NCBI RefSeq assembly: GCF_009914755.1
Contig: NC_060927.1
Length of the DNA stretch: 64,000 nt
DNA from: the human T2T-CHM13v2.0 reference genome, Homo sapiens
Reading direction: 5' to 3' (one strand)
Below are positions 43,141-61,661 of the stretch, one piece after another (the first letter of the stretch is position 1; each line of letters begins with the position of its first letter). The notes beneath the pieces were generated by a model that searched no databases, was not told the origin of the DNA, and saw only the letters and a list, made by a program, of their open reading frames with translations. A program made the translations under genes and the position numbers.

Positions 43141-46100
43141 CTCCATTCTTTTCTGGTCACAGACGGCTGCCAGACATGGCATTGTGCCTGTTGTGAGAAG
43201 TGGGAGTTTCTTTTGTGGAAGTCTGAGCAGTCTTAGTGGCTCTGAATAGGTAATGCATCCATCCCTGGATGATTGATTCACTGTGGTCAAAATGAATACC
43301 AAATCTTAAATGGCTTGGGTCTGAGGTTTGTGCCCCATGCCTGGAGTTTGGGGTTGTATTCCTTCTCAAACTGCGTCCAAATACGTTCACATTGACACGT
43401 TGTATATATAGTATCTAAAATAATATAGATAAAATAGTAGGACATGATGAAAACATTGATGTGGCTACTTTTTGGCAGTGTAGGTAGGTTAAGCTTTTTT
43501 GCTCTTTCTTCTTTGTGGTTTCTAAATTTTCAGATATGAGAGTATAAAATTTTCATAAGTAGAAAGATATTAATTGCAATTACACTATAGTAGTAAAATA
43601 ACTTATTTTGGATTCTTTAAAAATAATTTAAGATTTTCTTCCTGACTTTTCCTTTGCATTTGTCTTAGAAAATCCTTGTCACTAATAAGTTAAATATTTG
43701 CCTATGGTCTATCATTTATAAATTAATTTTTCAGTATCTTTGAAATTTATTTGGGTGTATGGTATAAGGTGAGACTTTAATTTTCTTTTCTTTTTTTCCA
43801 AATGGGCAAATTTTTGAAATTTTATTCCTTCTCCATTGATTTGGAAGGCTTATATTCTTGTGCTTTTTTTTTTTTTTAAAAACTATGCCAGGGTTCTTCT
43901 AGAAAAATTCTCTGTTGACCTTATGTTAGCCAACCCCATACGGCTGAAGGAAAGAGGTAGCCAAGTGTGAAGATTTGAGAAAACAGGAAAGAAAGTTCAT
44001 GTTCCCTGCTTGGATAGCTGTCTGGTTCCTTGGAGGTAGCATTACTTCCAAAAACCAAAACTCTACAATCATGTGACAGCATTGTTTCCTTTCCCCAAAT
44101 CATTCCTACTGGAACACCTGTTAATGTAGGAGAAAGCTGCTGATCAAACATGGGAAGCCATTTGTAAACACCTGGGAGAAATCAGCGAGCAGCCCTGCCA
44201 AGTTCACTTCTAGTCCCACGTGGCAAACTTTACAGATTCAGAACTCTGTGGAAAATATTCATTACTGTAAAAAGTAGTCCTTGTTTGTGCATAAACAAGA
44301 CATTTACTGGAAATGTGTTTTAATTGTTCACATATTTGCCGAGAACCTTTTCTAATTTTGCCAACAAAGTTTTATATTTCAGAACATAATTTTCACCATT
44401 TTGGAACAGTTTTTAGTATGGTCTTAAAATGAAAGATTTTGATGTAATACAGATATGAAATGTTATAAATGATTTAAAAGAAACTTTCCTAGCATCTCCC
44501 ATAACAGTGACACCTGAAAAAGATAATTGCAGTGGACATTCCATTGGTGATACAATCAGAGAGAGTTTTTAAAGGCTTAATGATCTTTCCATTAGTATGT
44601 TTAAATCCTACATGGAAGCATCCCTGGAGTTATTTCAACTTTAGAAGCTCCATTGAGGTCAGTAAGAGTCTTGCTTTGGAAGAATTGCATTTTTAAAAAT
44701 AATATTGAATATTTTGTGCTTATCCAAATCAAGACTACTGTGGATTTTTTTCAGTAAAAGGCTGTAGAATTCTGTTTATTTCAAAATCTCCTTTCAGCAT
44801 TCCCATTATAGTTTGCAACCATCCTAACTCAATTTTCTTAAAATTACTTCTCATACAAATATCAATGTCATTCTTTTTAAAAGACCAATTGCACTCAGTG
44901 TCATGTCTCCATCACTTTGTAGGAGATGCAATCTCAATGAATGGGCTAGAGTTTTCTCTTTTGAGACTTGTGGACTGAATGAGACCGTCTGCATAGATAT
45001 GTTTAGCATCTTATTTAGATATTTTTTAGTGTGTGTTCAACTGATAATCAAGACTCAGGGCTGTTAATAGATGGGTTTCTCTTGTAAGTGAACTGTGTTT
45101 CCTACGGTGAAAAGCAAAATTCCCTATGCCAAATCTCCGAACTCTTAGGATGTTGTATATGTAAAGTCAATTGGCATGCTTAGTTTGAGTCTCTGTGATA
45201 AAATATCTAGAACATGTCAGATGCTGGCTCCCCCTGTAAATTGGAAATAGGTCATGTCACATCTTAGGTGTATCAGAGTGCGTTCATGATCATATTCCAT
45301 TTTGGATTTATGATTATGAACCTAAACTTGAGCCCATGTATGGGGCTGGTTAAAAGTTATTTTATAGATATTCCACTCTTCTTGGCTTCTGAGCCCAGCC
45401 GTGCTGTGATGATTATTGCCTCCATGTTGAATGTTCTCCCTGCACTCCTGCTCTGTCAGGGGAAACACTTGCAACACTTTGGATATGGCTAATTCTTATT
45501 TATTGGTTTGCATGGTGTGCCATGTACTTCTGAAAACAAGGTCACTGTATTATAATTAAATGAAGATTATTTGTCTGTTGCAAATACTTAGCAAAAACAA
45601 AACAAAATTCAACAAACTAATGCCAAAAGTACATTATTATTTGGGTCACAATGATCTAATGCATATTTATCTATGTTCCTCAATAAGAATATTCATTTGT
45701 TTTCTTGTTTCTTGTGAGCCAGAATTGTCATAATTTCTATAACCCCAGTGCAGAATTCAGGATTCAGCCAGATGAATGGAAACCCAGCTGATAGATGAGA
45801 GCAAAGCCTGATGAGGAAGGGACCTTTATCTGGGTGAAGGGAAGGTGATGTGATCCTTTGGGTGGGAAGACATCTTTCACTCTTAGGATATATCCTTGTG
45901 TGTTTAAAGCTGTGTTGTACATTTACAAAGCCACATGGGGGGTCATTAATCTGATTGAATGGTTGATGGGGAGCAATTGCCATGGACTTAGGGCTTTGAA
46001 GGGGCCACTGCCGTCAGAGGTCCAGGAGAGCCAGGGCAAAGGGGCTGCTATTTCAGGATATCCACAGAGACGGCGCACCCACAGAAGGAAACTTGTTCTA

Positions 46101-46450
46101 GGATTCAGGCCTGAGCTTAGGAGCAGCAAACTTCTTTCCAAAACAATAAATAATTATACGGGTGGATTTTGCAGAACTAGTGTAAGTAATAGATTCCTCT
46201 TAATATGGAACTTCAACTACTTAATTTTCCTTTAAAAAAAGCTGAGCCTTATCTTGTTAAAAAGAAATATATTTTAAGTATAAAAATGACTGTGGCACAC
46301 TTATTTATATGTTAAACTAAATTAATGCTAACGTGCTTTATTGTTAAAGTAATTATATATCTTTTAAAAATAAGATAAATGTTTATATAGTTGTGTATGG
46401 GTGTGATATTAATTCATTTGTAGGGGATTTAAAAATCATTATTTTGATAG

Positions 46451-46784
<334 letters not shown>

Positions 46785-47069
46785 AAAACTGTTTTTGTTT
46801 AGGGGAATATTCAGGGCTAGGTGAAGCCTTGAAGTCAATGTTTGTGAGAAAAATATTAAACAAATAGCTAAATATATTTGTATACCCAATGAGCAAGAAT
46901 GGCTGTGGGAGAGGTGCATGAAAGAGAGAAGATAAGAGAGAGGAATGGAAAGAAGAAAGTGAATGAGTCAGACAACATGGTGGGATGATGTCGTCTACAA
47001 ATGGAGGTGGCCATGGAGACATTCCTGGTGTTAGGTAGGCTAAGAAACATTTTAAGTTATATTCAGTGG

Positions 47070-48931
<1,862 letters not shown>

Positions 48932-49849
48932 GTGTGAAAAGGTCTAATGCTCAAACTTTTATGTGTGTGGCTGCTTTTTAAAGCTATTAGTAAAGGCTGG
49001 CACACACCCCAGTACATGGCTGGGGTAACACAGTGGCTGAATTCCAAGACAGGGGTGGCAGAGAGGCGAGATCAGTGCTGCATGAGGTAAGTCTTGTGTG
49101 AGATGTGGAATAAGTCCCATGGACCCATAGTGGCCTTGAGACAAAAATCCCCTAGGGATTTGAAGACAATTTCTGGAGAATACTGAACTTTCTCAAGGGC
49201 AGGATAAAAGGAGATGGAGCCAATTTTATATAAATCAGAAAGGAAAGGATGGGTGGAAGGGTAGATGGGTGGGTGAGTATGAAGTAGAAACACATTGCTT
49301 GGTTAATTTAGAATTCCATTACTCAAGTTTTCATCTCTACAGGGCAATGGTGTAATTCTGGCCAATGTTGTCATAAAAAAATAAGGAACTTGAGGGCAGT
49401 CTGGAGAAGGCTGTTAGAGGCTTTCTGGTTCAGAGGGCTCCACATGGACCCACTCGAATGGTCAGGGCCCACTAGATGTAAACATGAAGCCCTCTTGAGA
49501 TCCAAGGAGTAAATAAACCTAATACTGAACACCTCTCGCTCTCTGCATCCCAAGGAGACAGCTTTCTTTAGTGCTCCTCTGCATTATCCCCACTTGCTAA
49601 TGCCCAGAGGGAGAGAGAGAGAGTGAAATACTTTTTCATTTCTCTGCCCTCATTTAAAACTCTCTCCTTCAGCTGATTTTGTCAGAAACACTTCTATGAC
49701 TTTTTAGAGGAGACTGAGGATGCAATTAAATGTCAATGAGTTGAATTAATTAATGTGGGTTACTATGGCATAAGGGGAGTTGTTCATTCATTTTGGTCCT
49801 ATTGAGATATATAACTCCAAAATATTGGTTTCAACAGAATAAGAGAATA

Positions 49850-50222
<373 letters not shown>

Positions 50223-50799
50223 TTATTTTTCCCCCTCGGTTTGCTAGCAGCTTATCACCGAACAAGTCACTGAACTTAACTAAAATGCACACGTGAGGAA
50301 TATTTCATAGGTAACCATGTGGATTTTAATTGTACATGTCTTGATTATCCTATGTGGGAACCATTTTATTCAAACTTTTACTAATAAATTCTTTGGCACT
50401 TACCTGGTACTAAGGAGAGTTAAGTCATCCCAAAGGAAATATAAACAAGTACTTGGCTTTTGATGACCTTTTGGTATTATGTTCTCTAGTTGTTTCACAT
50501 GTGTTACTCTTATAATTGAGCCCTTGTCATATTCTGTTTGTGTTCTCAGGGGTACCTCACATTCTTTGGGGATGCAAAGTAGACATTGAATAAACATTTA
50601 CTGAATTGCATTCAGCTATGAAGGTAATTCTGCAATGACATGATGTATAATCTCTTAGCGTAGCTCTTGGTTTATCTGTTGTGTTGAATCTTGACTATAC
50701 ATGCTTGAATCCATGCATGCTATAATTTCCCTGTCAACTTTGAACTATGTGCATCTCTTGGGCAGAGATTTAATAGATTGATTAGTGTAGAAATGGATA

Positions 50800-51185
50800 G
50801 AATAGTGTAGGTGCTAAGAACCAGGCTCCCTGGGTTCAGATGCTGGCTTGCTTGCCTGAATAACCTTGAAAATTTACTTACTACTCAGTGGCTCAGTTTC
50901 CCAATTTATAAAATGGGAATAATAACAGTTCCTACCTCATAACCTTGATGGGAGAATAAAATAATTTTTTATATGTATGTGTATATATTTTTATGTGTAT
51001 GTATATTTGTATATTTTGATATGTATATATATTTTTATATGTGCTTGTGTATATATGTATATATATTTTGATGTGTGTTAATGTACATGTGTTTATATAT
51101 TTTGATATGTGTGACATATACATATACACATAGCTCTAAGAATAGTGCATGGCATGTAAGTGTTATACAATTGTTTGTTATTATT
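50800..51185 (+). mobile_element. MIR split by a (TA/TG)-rich low-complexity tract
   Basis: ctgggttcagat...ctcagtttcccaatttataaaatgggaataataacag; degenerate TA tract ~50970-51130. Confidence 0.75.
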
Positions 51186-51939
51186 GTTACTATTAAAAAT
51201 GTTTAGTATTTAATATGGTGTAAGTCAGGGCATGTCTTTTTTTCTCTTTTTCATTCAGGAGGCTTATTCTTATTGTTTATTTGGACAGTGAGTTGCTATA
51301 AAAACTGGAAATATCACTATAATTTGGGATTTTCCCTGAGTGTCTTAGGGTGGTACTAAATAACAGTAGCTTTTGCCCAGCCTCTGGAAGCACCCGTCTG
51401 CCCAGGACCAGCGCTGCTCTTATGTTAAAAGCAAAAAGGCCTAAACTTGTCTAGGAACTCCCCACCTGCGTTCATCATTCTTTGTCTAGCTGCAGCCCGA
51501 GTGGGCGCATTTATCCATTTTGATTAGAAGGTGAATCAATAATCAAGCATACAGGGTCCCTCAGGCTCAGTCTTAAGAGCTGCTTTCAGCTTAAGGAAAA
51601 GGAAAATATTCTCCCTCCTTTTCTATCATTTCTTACCGGAATCAGATGTTGGATGAAGTGCCTTGGGGCCCTGATGAGTGACATATGAAGATTCCTGCAC
51701 ACCCTCCTACCTTTACATCATTTGAGAACTCCAGGTCGACTACATGATTTGTTTGGTTGTATTATAAATCTGAAGTGCCACGTGACAATGCCCCAGAAAT
51801 GTTTTCAGGGAATGTGACTTTATGAGGCTTCAAGGGCTGGTTACAATGATGTTGACCAAATAAAGAAATAATCAACAGAAAACTCGTGTGATGAGTCATT
51901 CAACAAATTTTCATTGAGCACTTAGTATATTCCAGACCC

Positions 51940-52556
51940 GCTATGGCCCAAATCTATGCCTGTTTTTTTATATGACCTACAAGCTAAGAATGATCTTTGT
52001 AGTTTTAAATGGATTAAGAAAAATCAAAAGAATATTCTGTGAAATGTGAAAATTATATACAACTCAAAATTCAGTGTCCATAAATAAAGTCTTACTGGTA
52101 CCTTGCCACATCCTTTTGTTTACTGCTCTCTCTGTTGCTTTCTGCCCTAAAACAGCTGGACCAAGTACCTGCCAAAAAGATGCTATAGCTTCAGAGGCAT
52201 GAAACATTTACTATCTGGCTTTTTTTTGTCTGAGACGGAGTCTCACTCTGTTGCTCACCTGGGCTGCAGTGCAGTGGCACGATCTTGGCTCGCTGCAGCC
52301 TCTGCCCCCCAGGTTCAAGCGATTCTCCTGCCTCAGCCTCCTGAGTAGCTGGGATTACAGGTGCCTGCCACTACGGCCAGCTAATTTTTTGTATTTTTAG
52401 TAGAGATGGGGTTTCACCATGTTGGCCAGGCTGGTCTCGAACTCCTGACCTTGTGATTTGCCCGCCTCGGCCTCCCAAAGGGCTGGAATTACAGGCATGA
52501 GCCACTGCACCCGGCCTACTATCTGGCCTTTTAAAGAAAAGCCTTATCAACCCCTG
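51940..52556. mobile_element. MER58B-like hAT-Charlie fossil interrupted by an Alu
   Basis: gctaagaatg...tcagtgtccataaataaag...tttactatctggc|ctttt...cccctg. Confidence 0.85.
52220..52516 (-). mobile_element. Full-length AluS (AluSg-like)
   Basis: Both arms; TSD tactatctggc at 52209-52219 and 52517-52527. Confidence 0.96.
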
Positions 52557-52559
52557 GCC

Positions 52560-52940
52560 TTCATCAACAGATGCCCTACCCTCTGCTTCTTGCTGGGGTT
52601 GGCCAAGCAGAGGGCAAGGGAGCACAGACTTTGGGGAATTAATTCTCCAGCTGCCTCTCTTTGGGGTCTCTGTCAATTGCTTAAATTAGCTCCTGAAGGT
52701 CACAGAGTCTGCCAGGTGGTCTTTGGAATACAAAACCCTTTTCATCTTCATGTGCCAGCATCTGCTTTTCCCCTTACCCCTCTAGGCTTAGGGGTGCTAA
52801 TGTCCCTCGCTGTTCCTAGGCCCTGGTTACTGCACCATCCCTATGGTTTCTCCACACTCTGTCCCCACTTTTGTAAATAGTCCCTTTATTAAGCAAACCT
52901 CAATTTGCAAGGTTTGTTTGTAATAATGTATTTCTTGCTT
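52560..52940 (+). mobile_element. LTR33/LTR16-like ERVL LTR fragment
   Basis: ccccacttttgtaaatagtccctttattaa near the 3' end. Confidence 0.6.
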
Positions 52941-54293
52941 GGCGCCTCCTAGGTAATAATACGGAAATAAACAAATCAGAGATTAAGACAATTTAATGAA
53001 AATGAAATATTAAATAGAACATGAAATAGGGTGATGTGCTAACGGAGAGAGGGAATGGCCAGAGAGGCCTCTTGGGGAAGTGAAGTTTGAATGCTGAGAA
53101 GAAAAGTGTGAGGAAGCGATCTGGAGAGGTGATATTTCAGAGTGGAGAAGCACCTGGTGTACAATTTTTAAGGTGCTTAGATTATAGGAAGGAGGCCTGT
53201 AGGCTAGAGGACAGTAAGTCATATAAAATGAGGAGCGAGATAAGCAGGAGCCAGTTTCCATATGGCCTGATGGGTTAGCAAAGATTAACTATTACTCAGA
53301 TTCCACGTTATCACACGTTTCTCATGTAAATCTAATGAAAAAAAGGTGTTAGTCATGCTGATTCAAATAGTTTTATGTAATTGTGATTTTCTTGTAAATT
53401 AGATGTGAGATAAGTATTTTATTATAAATATAATGGGAATATTTAAGGAAGTATGGCATAAAAGGATTTAAAAAGAATCACACTGCCTGTTTTTTGGAGG
53501 GGAGTTTTTGATGGCAAGAAAGGCTCTATAAACACTGGTAAAAGGCTGAGCTCACTGCAGTAATGAGCAGGCCTCCAACCAGAAGGTCATAGCTGAATGC
53601 TGCTATTAATTTCTGTTCTGTTATCTTCCAGTGGAACTTTGGAGATGTTATGGTACTTAGGCCTGGTATTAAGGAATGGAAGAGTTTGTAAGTGGGACCA
53701 TGATGATTTGAATTCAGTTTTATTAACCTCATGGCATGTCTTGCTTGGTTTTTCACAGAGAAGACATTGCATTTCCTTCCTTTGTTTCTTTGGGAGATAA
53801 TGTCTTATTTTCTGCATTTTTAATTCCTTATAAAGCTTTAAAAATCTTAATCTAACCCCTCTTCAAGCAGCAAAGAATAAAAGTCAGTTTTTGGATAGAT
53901 TTTTATATTTGGCTTCTGTAAAACAGGAAAAAAAAGTGCATCCGCATAAGCAGTTTGTGATTGTGTTTTGATTGTACTAACTGGTTTTGATTGTGTTCTC
54001 TGTACTCTCTTAATTGTTTCTCTGGGTTTTTTGGTCAGGGTGCTGTGGTTAACTTTTCTATTCTATTTTCAGTGTTTCAGCCACATTAATTTACAGGTGA
54101 TGCCTCATAAAGGCTGGTATTCATTCTCCCTGTCCCCACTCTCCCCACCTGTTCTCTCTGCTCAACCCCTGCTCAGCTGCAAAACCCCTTGCTATTATAG
54201 AATTAGATCCTTGGGGGTATCTTCTGATCATCCCCAACAACCTGCAAGAGGGAGATTTCCTTAGTTGGGATCGCATTGCAGGGTGGTCAGAAT

Positions 54294-55847
<1,554 letters not shown>

Positions 55848-57314
55848 CAGGGGGGTCAGAATATTTTGTCACTTCTCTTTCTGCCCCTCTTCCATGTGGC
55901 TTTGGCATCTCCACGTAAGAGATTTTGCCCCTTCTCAGTTGTCAGCCTCGTGCTGCTTGGTTGTACAGTGTGAGCCCAGTAAGGATCCTTCTTAGATACC
56001 TTGGTGAATTTCACAAGACTCTTCAACTACCTGTTTTTGTCTACTTAGTGTTTTCTTTTCTCTCAACTTCTGCATTTCACTTAATTTTGCCTGTTTCCTG
56101 TGATATAAGTGGTAAGCCTTTTGGTAAGGGCTGCACATAGTTTAAGACAGAACCGTAAGCACACTTCATTCATTTATTTAGCAAATATTTATTGGATGCT
56201 TCATATGCAGCAGGCCTGGTGCTAGTGATTGAAAAGTCTTTGTCCTCAAGGAGCACATAATGCCATGGAGGAGCTGGGCATCCAAGCTAATACTTATGAT
56301 TAAATATGGTAAGTGTAATAGAAAGATGATGATGATTATAGAGGCAGTAAAATGTTGTGGTTGACAGCCCAGATTCTGGAGCCAGACAGCCTTCATTCAA
56401 ATCCCAGCATCACCCATAACACTAGTTATCTGTGTGTTCCTAGACAAAGTACTTGAAGTTGGTGTACCTGATATTCCCTACCAGGGAAAAGGAGATAATA
56501 TAAGGGTTAAGTGGGTTAATACAGTAACACAACTAGAAGAACGCCTGACATATGGCTAAATGATCATTATCTATTGTTATTAATAGCCCCTTCTAATCCT
56601 GACAGCATTAAACTTTGAAAGAGAGGATAGAATTTAATTTGGGATAGTTGCCACTTGGAATCTGGAGAATTTTTTAATAAGCCAATTTCTGGCTATTGGG
56701 ATTACACAGTAACTAAAAAATTGGGATTGAACCCTTAAAAATACTTTCAAAATATTTCCCCTTGCATTTATGTATTAAACTCAAACCGTCTCTATCTGAT
56801 TTGCTGTGTTGCAAGAAGAAGAAATGAATCTTTCCTGTTTACTAATGGAGCCAGTTGCACTGATTCGAGGGAACATTTTTCATCTTGTAATCCAGTACTT
56901 CAGTGCCAACCTCTTTTTAAATTAGCTGTCTTCTCTGTGGGCATTCTAAGGAAATAGGTGACTGCAAAGGCAAAATATTGGTTTTAATTCCCATTTTTCA
57001 GTATTGCACCTTGTAAGCGACATATGCAAAGGGAGAGCTCTCAGAAATTCCTTTAAGTATTAAGTATAGAAAACAAGCATCAGGAGCCTAAACTTCAGCA
57101 ACCGCTCTGCCTGTCAGTAATCCAATGTTCCAAATGTTTTTCTGAAGTCATTACTCCTGTCAAGCTCTTGTTGCCATATACTTTTCCTTGGCATCTTGAG
57201 GGACTGAGTCTGAGACACCTTCGAATCCTCATTAATTAGCACATATTAGTTGCTCAATCGTTGTTCATTGAATAAACAGATGAATAAATTATTTTAGTTT
57301 CTGGTTCTGTCATG

Positions 57315-57381
57315 TAATATGTCTAGCAACTACCTATCTACAGAACATATAATATATCTAGCAACTACCTATCTAGAGAAC
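57315..57381 (+). repeat. 35 bp tandem duplication
   Basis: taatat(g/a)tctagcaactacctatcta(c/g)agaac occurs twice. Confidence 0.93.
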
Positions 57382-58710
57382 TTTCCTTTTTTCCTTCTGC
57401 ATCTTGTTTGGAGATAAGAAACTAAAATGCTTTATCCCCTGGTAGGACTTCTGAATCCAGTTGTGAAGTTTGGCATTGCATAGTCACAAAGAAGCATCTA
57501 AACGGAAAGATTGACACTGAAATTCAGACTGTGCTCTGCTCACCAAACCATGTGCCCTGACCAGAGGCTCTATCTAATCAGAGGATTGGGGTTTTCTCTC
57601 CTACAGACAGGCATGTTGTACTATATTTTTTGCCCAGAGAGGGCACGTTTATCTAATATGTATACAAGTGATCATATAGCTTAGTAGTGGCCATGGCAGT
57701 AAATTCAGAATTCATTGCTATGTTCTATGATTCCTGAAAGCAGAAAAGGAATAGGATGAGTAAATAATGTCCTCTTTCGCTGAGCCTGTTTCTCAAATTA
57801 GATCTGTCATAGTATGAAAACCAGCTGCTGCTGCTTCTGTCACTCAGGTCTGTGATCACCACACTTCAGAACAGTTTGCTGTTATTTTCAGGTAGTTTCA
57901 TAATCATATGGATAACTCATTAACAGTCTTTCCTTGCTACCAGAATATTAACTTTAAAAGCATCTCCTACTAATGATAAATTTTTAGCACCATCTGTATG
58001 TAGGTGAGCTGGAAGAAACTTAAAAGGAAAAGCCCCACAGAATCCCTAATTGCCCTCTTAGCCAAGATTTTTCAATTCATGCTCCTGTTGAATCTGTTGC
58101 AGGAACTGCTAATGATTAGAAAAATGAATAGTTTATGTCTTTTCCCTGTGCATATTCTGTTGGCTCTGCTAATGACTAATGAAGGGGCTGGAAAGCAGGG
58201 GGCACAAATCAGCCAGCTCCTCATTGAGCTCCTGCTGGGATGTGACTAGTACAAAAATTGAAGAGAACTGGGCCCAGCTTTCATGGAGTGTGAGTCTAGC
58301 CCACAGGCCAACAGCTTCATGCAACTAACCTTGCTTGTCTCTGAGCTGGTGGTATGATTGTAAATGTATACTTGTATTCCACCCCCCACCCCGCCAAAAA
58401 AGCTGATGGATTATAGGGTTCAAGTGGGTAACTTTAATGAAAGAAGGAGGCTGGTGGGATAAAAGAAGACATGATTAGGATGAGGATGGACAAATGAGGA
58501 CTAGTTCCCTCTAAAGGGAGCAGAACCCAACCCCATACACCAAGATGTTTCCAGGCATTCAGTGTTTTCAAAGGAAACTGGAAAAATTTACTTTTTGATG
58601 TGAAATCTAACATTTAAAAAATGTTGGCTTAAACTCTTTCAAATCAATATAGGACAAATAAAGCATTGCTAAGAACAAACCATGTCTAACCCCTGGAGGA
58701 GGAGGAGGCC

Positions 58711-59772
58711 AGTTCAGTCAGGGTTACCCAGGGAAATAGAACCAATAGGAGATCTATCTATCTAGCCACCTATTTATCTATGTATAGATAGATAGACACA
58801 TAGAAATATATATACATATAGACATATATATATATAGGTATGCATATAGAAAATATAAACCATTGGGGCTAAGGGAACTGAATCCTTGCACAGTCAAAAA
58901 TCTGCTTATAATGTTTGATTCCCCCCAAAACTTGACTAATAGCCTGCTGTTGACCAGAAGCCTTACTGATAATATAAACAGTTGATTAACACATATTTTA
59001 TATGTCATATGTATAATATACTGTATTCTTGCAATGAGCTAGATAAGAGTACATGCTAGTAAGAAATTTTAAGGCAAAGTATATTTACTGTTCATTAAAT
59101 AGTAGTGGATTATCATAAAGATTTTCATCCTTGTTGTCTTCATATTGAGTAGGCTGAGGAGGAGGGAGAGGAGGAATTGGTCTTGCTGTCTCAGGGGTGG
59201 CAGAGGTGGGAGGCAGGTGCACTCTGTGTAACTTTTAATTGAAAAACATCCTTACATAAGTGGACCTGTGTAGTTCACAGCCATGTTATTCAAGGGTCAA
59301 CTATATATATAAAAAATATATAATATATATAATATATCAATATATATAATTTATAAATAAATATTTGCATATTTTTAAATATAAAACTTTAAAATATATG
59401 TGCATTTAGTTTAGAAAAAAAATATATATATGTGTATAAAATTAGTGAGATTTAATGTAAGAAATTAGTTCATGTTTTTGGAGCTGTCAAATCTAAAACC
59501 TGTAGGGCAGGCCAGCAGGCTAGAAACTCAGGAAGTAGTTGATGCTAGATTCTTGAGGCAGATTTTTTTTTCTTTTCTGGGAAGCCTGTCTTTGCTTATA
59601 AGGACTTCAGCTTATTAAATGAGACCACCAACATTATTGAGGGTAATTTCCTTTACAGTCAACTGATCATAGATCAGTTAATCACATCTCCAGGATACCT
59701 TCCCAGCAATATCTAGATTAGTGTTTGATTAAACAATTGGGTACTGTAATCTAGCCAGGTTGACATGTCACA
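58711..59772 (-). mobile_element. MLT2C/D-like ERVL solo LTR with nested Tigger2
   Basis: agtcagggttacccagggaaatagaaccaatagga...ctgtagggcaggccagcaggctagaaactcagg...ctagccaggttgaca. Confidence 0.85.
58860..59303 (-). mobile_element. Tigger2a/MER28-like element inserted in the TA-rich tract of the LTR
   Basis: ctaatagcctgctgttgaccagaagccttac...ggtcttgctgtctcaggggtggcagagg...ttcaagggtcaact. Confidence 0.88.
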
Positions 59773-59931
59773 CCCAGGATTTGGGGAAGATGCTTCTAGA
59801 ACAATGTCATGTTGAACACTTAGCACAGGGCCCCACACACTCCATAAATATTGCATTTGAATGCAATCAGTTCTTATGTTAGCCAGAGGATGAATTATCT
59901 GGAAGTGAATAACATTTAAAGCTTCAAGGCC

Positions 59932-60401
59932 ATATTACCCAGGCATCTTCAGATAAACAGAACCAATGGGAGATGTATGTAGAGAGAGGGAAAGAGAAGG
60001 AGAGTTATTATAAGGTATTAGCTCACACCATTCGTGGAAGCTAAGTCCCATGATCTTCCTTCTGCGTGATGGAGGCCCAAGAAAGTCCATGGTATAATTT
60101 GAAGACCTAGAGAGCCTGACAGTCAAAGGTACAGATTTCAGTCTAAGTCTGAAAACCTGAGAACACTCGGGCAAAAGGAGGGTGAATCCACCCCTTCTCC
60201 ATCTTTTTGTTTTACTTAGGCACTCAGTGAATTGGATGTTGCCTACCCACAGTGGGGAGGGCAGTCTATTTTACTAAGTCCACAAATTCAGATGCTAATC
60301 TCTTCCCGAAACATCTTCACAGACACACCTAGAAGTCATGTTAATGAGTTATCTGGGCGACCCATGGCCCAGTCAACTTAACACATAAAGTTAACCATCA
60401 G
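59932..60401 (-). mobile_element. MLT2B-like ERVL solo LTR
   Basis: acagaaccaatgggagat...gctaatctcttcccgaaacatcttcacagacacacctaga...acataaagttaaccatca. Confidence 0.88.
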
Positions 60402-61661
60402 AAGGACCTCTCACTCATACAAGATCCTTCCAAAGTGCTATACCTAATTTTGTGTTCATAATATTGGATCATTTATCTTGGTCGTCCTCCACTGTGTAAG
60501 TGTCAGACCCCTCAACACCTGCCTCTGCCTCAGTCAGCTCTGCCACTGTGTCTATGTGCCCTCCAGCCAGTCCCTCTCTGTTTCTGAACCTCAGTTTCTC
60601 CATATGTAAATTGGAGAAGAAAATTCCAACCGTCTTCTGGGGTTCTTTGAGGGTTAAGAGAAGATGCTATAAACTTATGAACATACAAAAAACCTAAATG
60701 CTTTATCCTAGTTTCTGCTTCTCAAAAGTGTTCTAATATTAGTATTTTAGTAGCTAAAAAAGCATCATCAACTTCCTGTACTCAATAAAATAGGTAATGT
60801 AAAGGGAGAATATACAATTTCCCACCCCCAAGAGACATAAAGAATAAATTTCATTTTCAATAACTAGTTTTCCAAGTGCTTCGTATTAAAAATGTAGGCA
60901 TCACCTAGCAAGTTGAATGCTAATTAGCACCCTCCATTACATGTTGCCTGGGGCCTGCAGCTGTGCAGAGGGTCTCACACACATGATTATTCAACCTCCT
61001 TCTCACAGTAGCAGTGAGACAGATGTCACCATCCCCATTTTCCAGAATGGGGCAACTGAAATCCAGAGAGGTTACATTTGATTTGCCCAATATCAAGTTA
61101 AGCAGCAGAGCTGAGATTCAAACCCTGCAGTGTGCTGCTCTGTTAGCTGAGGAGAGCAGGTGCTTGGAGTGGCGAGGAGAACATTTGCTTATGGTGGCTA
61201 TTTAACCAAGTAAAATTAGGCCCTAAGCACTGGCTTAAGAAATGTAGTCCTCTGCTGCCTCTCAGGGAGCTACTTCAGGTCTTCTTTGTGTAGGCTGTGC
61301 ACTGCCCAAGGCTCCTGATCCTGGCCAAGTGGGGTCTGAAATATAACATATGCTTCACTGATAAACTGAGATTCCCAAAGAACTGCAGTAGCCTAGAGGG
61401 ATGCCATTTTCTCCTGCACATGTCAATGTGTAGAGCTGACGGCTCTGGCCAGCCTTGAATATCTTCTCTGCCTTTCTATGAGTCTTTCATTCACAGTTAT
61501 TTAAAAGCTTTCCTTATTCCTTTCTAAGCATTTGAATCTTGCCAATCTTATGGATCATCACCTTTGTACAAATTCTCCTGAATTCCTAGGTCTGCTGTGC
61601 TGTGATCTTAAGTCCTTCTCAGTTCCACTTCATTTATAGATTCACTCATTCATCAACAAAC

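Noticed and set aside
51490-51512. CTCF-like gcccgagtgggcgc
   Set aside because: Several mismatches at core motif positions.
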